Assembly (NCBI GenBank): GCA_918797485.1
Contig: CAKKNE010000002.1
Span: forward strand, 4,030,001-4,094,000
Direction of reading: 5' to 3'
Length of the DNA: 64,000 nt
From: Pelagomonas calceolata
Lineage: Eukaryota
Every line of letters starts with the position of its first letter. Positions within the stretch are counted from its first letter, which is position 1. A program made the translations under genes and the position numbers. Below are positions 59,581 through 64,000 of the stretch, one piece after another. Under the pieces are notes generated by a model that was not told the DNA's origin, made no database searches, and was given only the letters and a program-made list of their open reading frames with translations.

Positions 59581-59602
59581 CTAGTGTGTGTGCGACCGCT
59601 AG
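59581..59602 (+). promoter_or_regulatory. Variant CTAG-N14-CTAG element (coiled-coil / hydrolase divergent region)
   Basis: CTAGTGTGTGTGCGACCGCTAG. Confidence 0.5.
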
Positions 59603-59835
59603 CTAAATATCATGCCGCTCAAAAATCGCGCGTGCACCTCGAGAATTGGTGCCGAGTGGCCGAGTTGAGTTGCTCGGAGCCATCTTTGCGACTTCCTTTG
59701 CGCCGCGAGCAACTCGACGTGCAGAAAGCGCTGCGGGAGGGCTCAAAACGCTGTGAGGCGCCAAAAGGCCCAAGCTGACAGCACACGCGCGCGCACCCTG
59801 CACGCACGCAGATTAGGACACGCAGAAAAAAGACA

Positions 59836-60780
59836 ATGGACGCCTTCGTCAAGAAGCGCAAGGCCCCCGACGGCGCCGACAAAGTGCGGCCGACCTTTGT
59901 GGTGTGCCCCGGAGCCGGCGGCGGCGACTGCGCCGCCTTGACCCAAGCGCTGGCGACCTTCGGCAAGACCACAACAATTGCCAATGGCAAGTGGGCGGGG
60001 AACTTCCCTTCCCAGATGGGCGCGAACGTCCAGCTGGTCGTCGATGCGGCCCGAAGAGCCGCGGCGGACGGCGCGCCAGTTATCTTGGTGGGCCACTCCT
60101 TCGGGTGTCGCGTCGTTGCGGAATTGCTGACGAGCGAGGCGGTCCCGAAGCCGTCTGGTGTGCAGAGATTGCCTTCCAACGTCATTACGAGTGGCGCGGT
60201 CCTGGAATCATTTCCGCTCTATGGCCCGTCGCCGCCCAAGCCCTCTACCGATAGGGAAGTGTCGATCCGGAACCTCCCTTCTCAGTCCAAGATTTTATTT
60301 TTGAGTGGAGCCAAGGACGAGTTCCTGGATAGGAGCAAGCAGTGGCGCTCGGGTCAACCCGTGGGCGAGGCTGCGTTGAAAGCGGTCCTTGCTACGTCTC
60401 AATGCGACCCCACGGTGGTCATGGTCGACGGCGCGAGACATGCGGCCTTCAAGGTTGCGAAAGCAAAGAGCGACACGGTCCGCCGGAGCAACATCGCCGC
60501 GATCAAGGCGCACGTCTTCGAGCGTTTGTTAACGACGGCGCGGCCCGTGACGGCGCCCGTGCCCGCTCCGAACAAACCGCCGCCTCTCGTGAAGCCTGTA
60601 GCTTTAAGGCCGCCGACGCCGCCACCTTCTTCTGAAATAGTGCCGCCGTCCACGACCGAGCGGCCCGAGCCCGAGCCGCTGAAGGTCGCTCTACCTGAAG
60701 CGGGCCTGGCCAACTTCATGGCCAAACCTGATGTGTCGAGCCCGGAGCCGAAGAAGGCGCGCCCGAACGCGGAGAACTAA
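59836..60780 (+). CDS. Alpha/beta hydrolase (KANSL3/TEX30-like)
   Basis: PGAGG, nucleophile elbow GHSFG, SFPL, LFLSGAKDEF and VDGARHAAF motifs; Pro-rich tail. Confidence 0.75.
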   Translation: MDAFVKKRKAPDGADKVRPTFVVCPGAGGGDCAALTQALATFGKTTTIANGKWAGNFPSQMGANVQLVVDAARRAAADGAPVILVGHSFGCRVVAELLTSEAVPKPSGVQRLPSNVITSGAVLESFPLYGPSPPKPSTDREVSIRNLPSQSKILFLSGAKDEFLDRSKQWRSGQPVGEAALKAVLATSQCDPTVVMVDGARHAAFKVAKAKSDTVRRSNIAAIKAHVFERLLTTARPVTAPVPAPNKPPPLVKPVALRPPTPPPSSEIVPPSTTERPEPEPLKVALPEAGLANFMAKPDVSSPEPKKARPNAEN

Positions 60781-60863
60781 CGCCACACCTCATGGTGTGG
60801 ACCTAACCTAAGTATATTGCCTGTTATTTGCTCCGAGTCGATAGCATGTAGCAAAAAACATAC

Positions 60864-63800
60864 TTACATGAAGCGCCCGTCCCAGGCGCCCGGGTCCATG
60901 GCCTCCGTCAGCGCCTTGCCCGTCCGCAACCCTTCCCGAGCCCTAAATTCAAACACCCTTCCTTCCCCAAGCTTCCTGCGGTACCGCACCACACCAGAAG
61001 GGTCGGCCTCCTTCCAGCCGTACTCCGACGGGTCGTCCTTCTGCGGGCCGTCGTCGTTCTGGCGGGAGGACGGCCGCGACCGTGATGACTTTCTGGGAGG
61101 GACGCGGATCCCAGCTAGTTGTTTCCGGTCGTCTTTCTTCGCGTGTTCGAAGAGTCCGAGATGGGGTTTTGGTACTTTTTCCTTCCCATGTTTGAACGAG
61201 AGCGGGACCACGCTACAAACGTATGGTGTCGGCTTCGGTACGGGTGGCATCATAGGATTTAAACCAGCCTCTCTCAACCGCTGCTCCCGGTCGATTTGCG
61301 CATCAATTGTATCCAGGAAGAAGTCTACCACTAGGACATCCGGTGCCGGTGGTAGAAACCGGTCGCGCTCGTCACAGATCTCGCCCAATTGCGAGCAGAC
61401 CTCGTCCACGAAACCCCGGACGCGTCGATGGACCGACGGCACCTCATGTACCGCGGGTAAGGATTCCAGCATCCCCAGAAAGTCCTCATATTTAGTTTCG
61501 CTGCCGTCGCATAATCGCTCGACGTCGATCATAGACAGATCAAAGCCTAATTGATCAAAGGCCACGCACAGCTCCTTGACGTTCAAGGAGTCGCGATCGC
61601 CCGCAAGTTTCTGGAAGGCGTATTGGGCTCGCATGTGCATCGGCTCTCGTACTTTACCACTATCAAACAATGCGTCGGTGCCAAAAAGTTTTACGTAAGG
61701 TACTGTATCCTCCTTCGTAAATGACCGTAAAGAACACCGTACCACTGCTCTTTTGACCCGCAAGCCCTTCAGCGACTCCACCGTTGCCTGAAATTGCTCG
61801 AACGACAACTCGCCCTCGACGAGCAAAGCCTCAATTTTCTCCGACGTAAAGTAGTGCTCCACCCGCAGATCCCCAAAAAGTAACCCTAAGGCTTCGCCGT
61901 TCAGCGTCGTGCGCCGGTCCCCGCCCTTGACACTCCATAACCTCATCAAGTACTTGTCATATACTTTTCTCAGTTTGTAGCCCTCATCTGATTCCAGTAA
62001 GTCGAGTAACTCCGAAAACTGTTCGTGGTTCACACCCTCACCACCCTTCGAGTAGTGCTCGATGGTATCAGACAAGTCTTCACTGTCAGGCACAGTAAGC
62101 TTCATGTCCACAAAGACCTGCTCCAGGCCATCGACATCCACTCGACCGCCCTCGTTGTACTTGATGAAGGCGTCCCGATGCCTCGTTGCCTTCTTCTTTG
62201 ATGTTTCATTCGGTTCCGCAATTCGTATGATAGCCTCGCCCACACCCTCGTCCGGCTTGTCGAGTCGTGCGCGTTCCACAGCTCTTCTTCGGTCGAAATT
62301 CTGAAAAATAGCCAACCAGGCACCCTTGGTCTTTTCGAACACTTCCGTCAAGTCATTGACCGTGGTTTCCATTCTAGCGAGCCATTCCGGACCGTGCTGT
62401 ACACTTGAGTCGTACTGCGACACCGCGCATAACGTACCTTCACTATCAATAGTAGCGACGTATCTCTGGGCAAGGTCAAGGCAGTCGACTCTTTTTTCAA
62501 CGAGGAAAGGCAGGGGGAAGCACTCCCTAAGAGGCCACGCAGTCTCTTGCTGGTAGATGCGCAGACCGTCCTCGAGGGCGTGCTTCACCGTTTCCGACTT
62601 AAGGATCAATCGCAACACATCTTCAGCTTTATAATAAGATAATGCTTTGAATTGAGACTCCCTGAATAATTGTAATTGATCATTTTTCGCTTTCCGTTGT
62701 TGGAGCGTGTCCCGACCACCGCGGTTCATTTCCTTCTGCTCCTTGAGCTTCTCCCGCGCTTCCTTGCGCTTCTGCCTTGCTAGTTTCTCCTTGGCCTTGT
62801 CATCTGTGGTCTTCTCGAGGAAGCAAGTCGAGACAGGGGCGTCCCATTTGATGCCCTCGTCGTCTTCGCTTTCCGACGACGAGGGCTCCTCTAACCGCGC
62901 TAACAACGCGTCGTCGAGCAGTCTCAACGCATCGCTCTGGGCGCTGTCGTCGAGCGTCGCGCACGGTAGTAAGCTACAGCACGCGTGGTGCTTCAAAGCT
63001 TCTCTGATCGCCTGGGCCTCCCGCTCCTTCTTCTGCGCCTTCTCCCTCTCTTCCAGCGCATCCAACATGTTACAGAACTCGTCGAAGTAGACCTCGTCGC
63101 GCTCCTCGTCCTTGACCTGTGTGGAATGGACTCCGTCGCGACACGGCCGCGGCTCCCGCGCGAGACGCGTGGACTCTCTCACGGCCACATCGACGGCGTT
63201 GAGCGTCGATGCCATCGACGCGCCCCCACCAGGATTCTGCGCCGCGCCACGGACCGCATATTCAAAAATCAGGTCGTTGATCTGCTCCTGCGGTAACACG
63301 CGCTTCATGTCCCGGAAGATGACATCCAGCTCGCCCGCGTCCACGGTACCTCCTCGATCGACATCGTATCTGTTGAAGATGATCTGGTGTTCTTTTTGTT
63401 TACGTAAACGCATCTCCTCGGTGACATACGGCTCGTCCTCAGACTTCTGTGGAGGAGGCTCCTTTCTATATCTAGGTTGTGATAGTTTCCTCCCTAGGTA
63501 CCGATGCGCGTTCTCCAGGGCGTCCCGCAGTTTACCGAGCTCATACAGCGCCTCGGACCGCTCATCTCGCAGTTTCCGTTTCGCCTCGTTGGCCTTCCTA
63601 TGCAATGTATCTTTCTGTAGCCGACGCTTAGCTTTCTCTTCCTCGTTCTGTAAGCGTCGTTTCATGTTCTCCATCGTGCCCAGATTTGGCTCCCTTTTCA
63701 ACATGAGTGGTGGTCGCTTCCAGGTTAAGGGGTGCGGATTTCTCTTCGACGTGAACGAGGCCTTCTTCTTCTTGCCTACTGGACTATGCGCTTTCTGCTC

Positions 63801-63998
63801 CTTCTCGACGTCTAGGTCGATGTAGTACTTGTTGTTTCCCTTGGCTCTTTGTTCAAATTTTGTTAACAGCCACCTCCTAATTTTCCTTCTACAAATAAAA
63901 CCTCGTCCTAAGGATTGGAGTCTCGGTAACAACTCTCGGGCACTCGCCATCTTCTTGGCCATGAATTCGTAGGTAGCAGGCATGTCTGTCAATATCTC
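60864..63998 (-). CDS. 5'-partial large IQ/EF-hand protein; probable intron at 63117-63254
   Basis: IQ-like LQSLGRGFICRR; EF-hand DVDRGGTVDAGE plus several degenerate EF pairs. Frame is open to the window end. Confidence 0.7.
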   Translation of the reverse strand, partial: EILTDMPATYEFMAKKMASARELLPRLQSLGRGFICRRKIRRWLLTKFEQRAKGNNKYYIDLDVEKEQKAHSPVGKKKKASFTSKRNPHPLTWKRPPLMLKREPNLGTMENMKRRLQNEEEKAKRRLQKDTLHRKANEAKRKLRDERSEALYELGKLRDALENAHRYLGRKLSQPRYRKEPPPQKSEDEPYVTEEMRLRKQKEHQIIFNRYDVDRGGTVDAGELDVIFRDMKRVLPQEQINDLIFEYAVRGAAQNPGGGASMASTLNAVDVAVRESTRLAREPRPCRDGVHSTQVKDEERDEVYFDEFCNMLDALEEREKAQKKEREAQAIREALKHHACCSLLPCATLDDSAQSDALRLLDDALLARLEEPSSSESEDDEGIKWDAPVSTCFLEKTTDDKAKEKLARQKRKEAREKLKEQKEMNRGGRDTLQQRKAKNDQLQLFRESQFKALSYYKAEDVLRLILKSETVKHALEDGLRIYQQETAWPLRECFPLPFLVEKRVDCLDLAQRYVATIDSEGTLCAVSQYDSSVQHGPEWLARMETTVNDLTEVFEKTKGAWLAIFQNFDRRRAVERARLDKPDEGVGEAIIRIAEPNETSKKKATRHRDAFIKYNEGGRVDVDGLEQVFVDMKLTVPDSEDLSDTIEHYSKGGEGVNHEQFSELLDLLESDEGYKLRKVYDKYLMRLWSVKGGDRRTTLNGEALGLLFGDLRVEHYFTSEKIEALLVEGELSFEQFQATVESLKGLRVKRAVVRCSLRSFTKEDTVPYVKLFGTDALFDSGKVREPMHMRAQYAFQKLAGDRDSLNVKELCVAFDQLGFDLSMIDVERLCDGSETKYEDFLGMLESLPAVHEVPSVHRRVRGFVDEVCSQLGEICDERDRFLPPAPDVLVVDFFLDTIDAQIDREQRLREAGLNPMMPPVPKPTPYVCSVVPLSFKHGKEKVPKPHLGLFEHAKKDDRKQLAGIRVPPRKSSRSRPSSRQNDDGPQKDDPSEYGWKEADPSGVVRYRRKLGEGRVFEFRAREGLRTGKALTEAMDPGAWDGRFM
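63117..63254 (-). other. Probable 138-nt in-frame GT-AG intron related to the introner family
   Basis: Starts GTCCGT and ends TTCCACACAG like the TIR; contains GCCATCGACGCG; removal joins EYA|VKDEERDEVYFDEF and restores EF-hand pair spacing. Confidence 0.7.
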
Positions 63999-64000
63999 AT

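Noticed and set aside
5820..59602. CTAG element or introner-internal repeats read as a CRISPR array
   Set aside because: Copies are dispersed singly, there is no repeat-spacer array, there are no cas genes, and the context is eukaryotic.
61400..64000. Lower GC at the right end read as foreign DNA
   Set aside because: It is a eukaryotic EF-hand gene with a host-type intron, and other long genes here (SEC23, CDPK) also have AT-richer interiors.

Overview
Eukaryotic nuclear DNA: very gene-dense, GC-rich and intron-poor, with about 40 protein-coding genes mostly in head-to-head and tail-to-tail pairs. Mastigoneme-type EGF protein, a CDPK, signal-plus-transit presequences, a MYND-RING-TPR family and introner-type introns suggest a flagellated stramenopile alga, probably a pelagophyte (Pelagomonas/Aureococcus-like; this is inference). 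Recognisable genes include SEC23, VPS29, PCID2, RPC3, ODA1/CCDC114-like, RIB43A-like, FAM166-like, ARL13-like, an ADCY10-like cyclase, PI4K, a CDPK, a GH3 beta-xylosidase and an ABP34-like actin bundler. Two non-coding systems stand out. (1) A bipartite element, CTAG-TGTCTTAC-N(2-7)-CTAG, occurs 15 times counting variants, always upstream of genes or gene relics and in 12 divergent intergenic regions; it is a candidate bidirectional promoter element. (2) A family of short TIR elements (CTGTGTGGAAATCAA...TTGATTTCCACACAG, 8-bp TSD) creates spliceosomal introns and appears as a full copy, a 53-bp mini copy, a TIR-less relic and an in-frame cryptic intron. Also notable are a 1628-aa Ubl-GG/FFAT/UIM/GWG-repeat/USP protein, several domain fusions and a ~290-bp degenerate tandem array. 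All family assignments come from reading motifs by eye; no searches were run.
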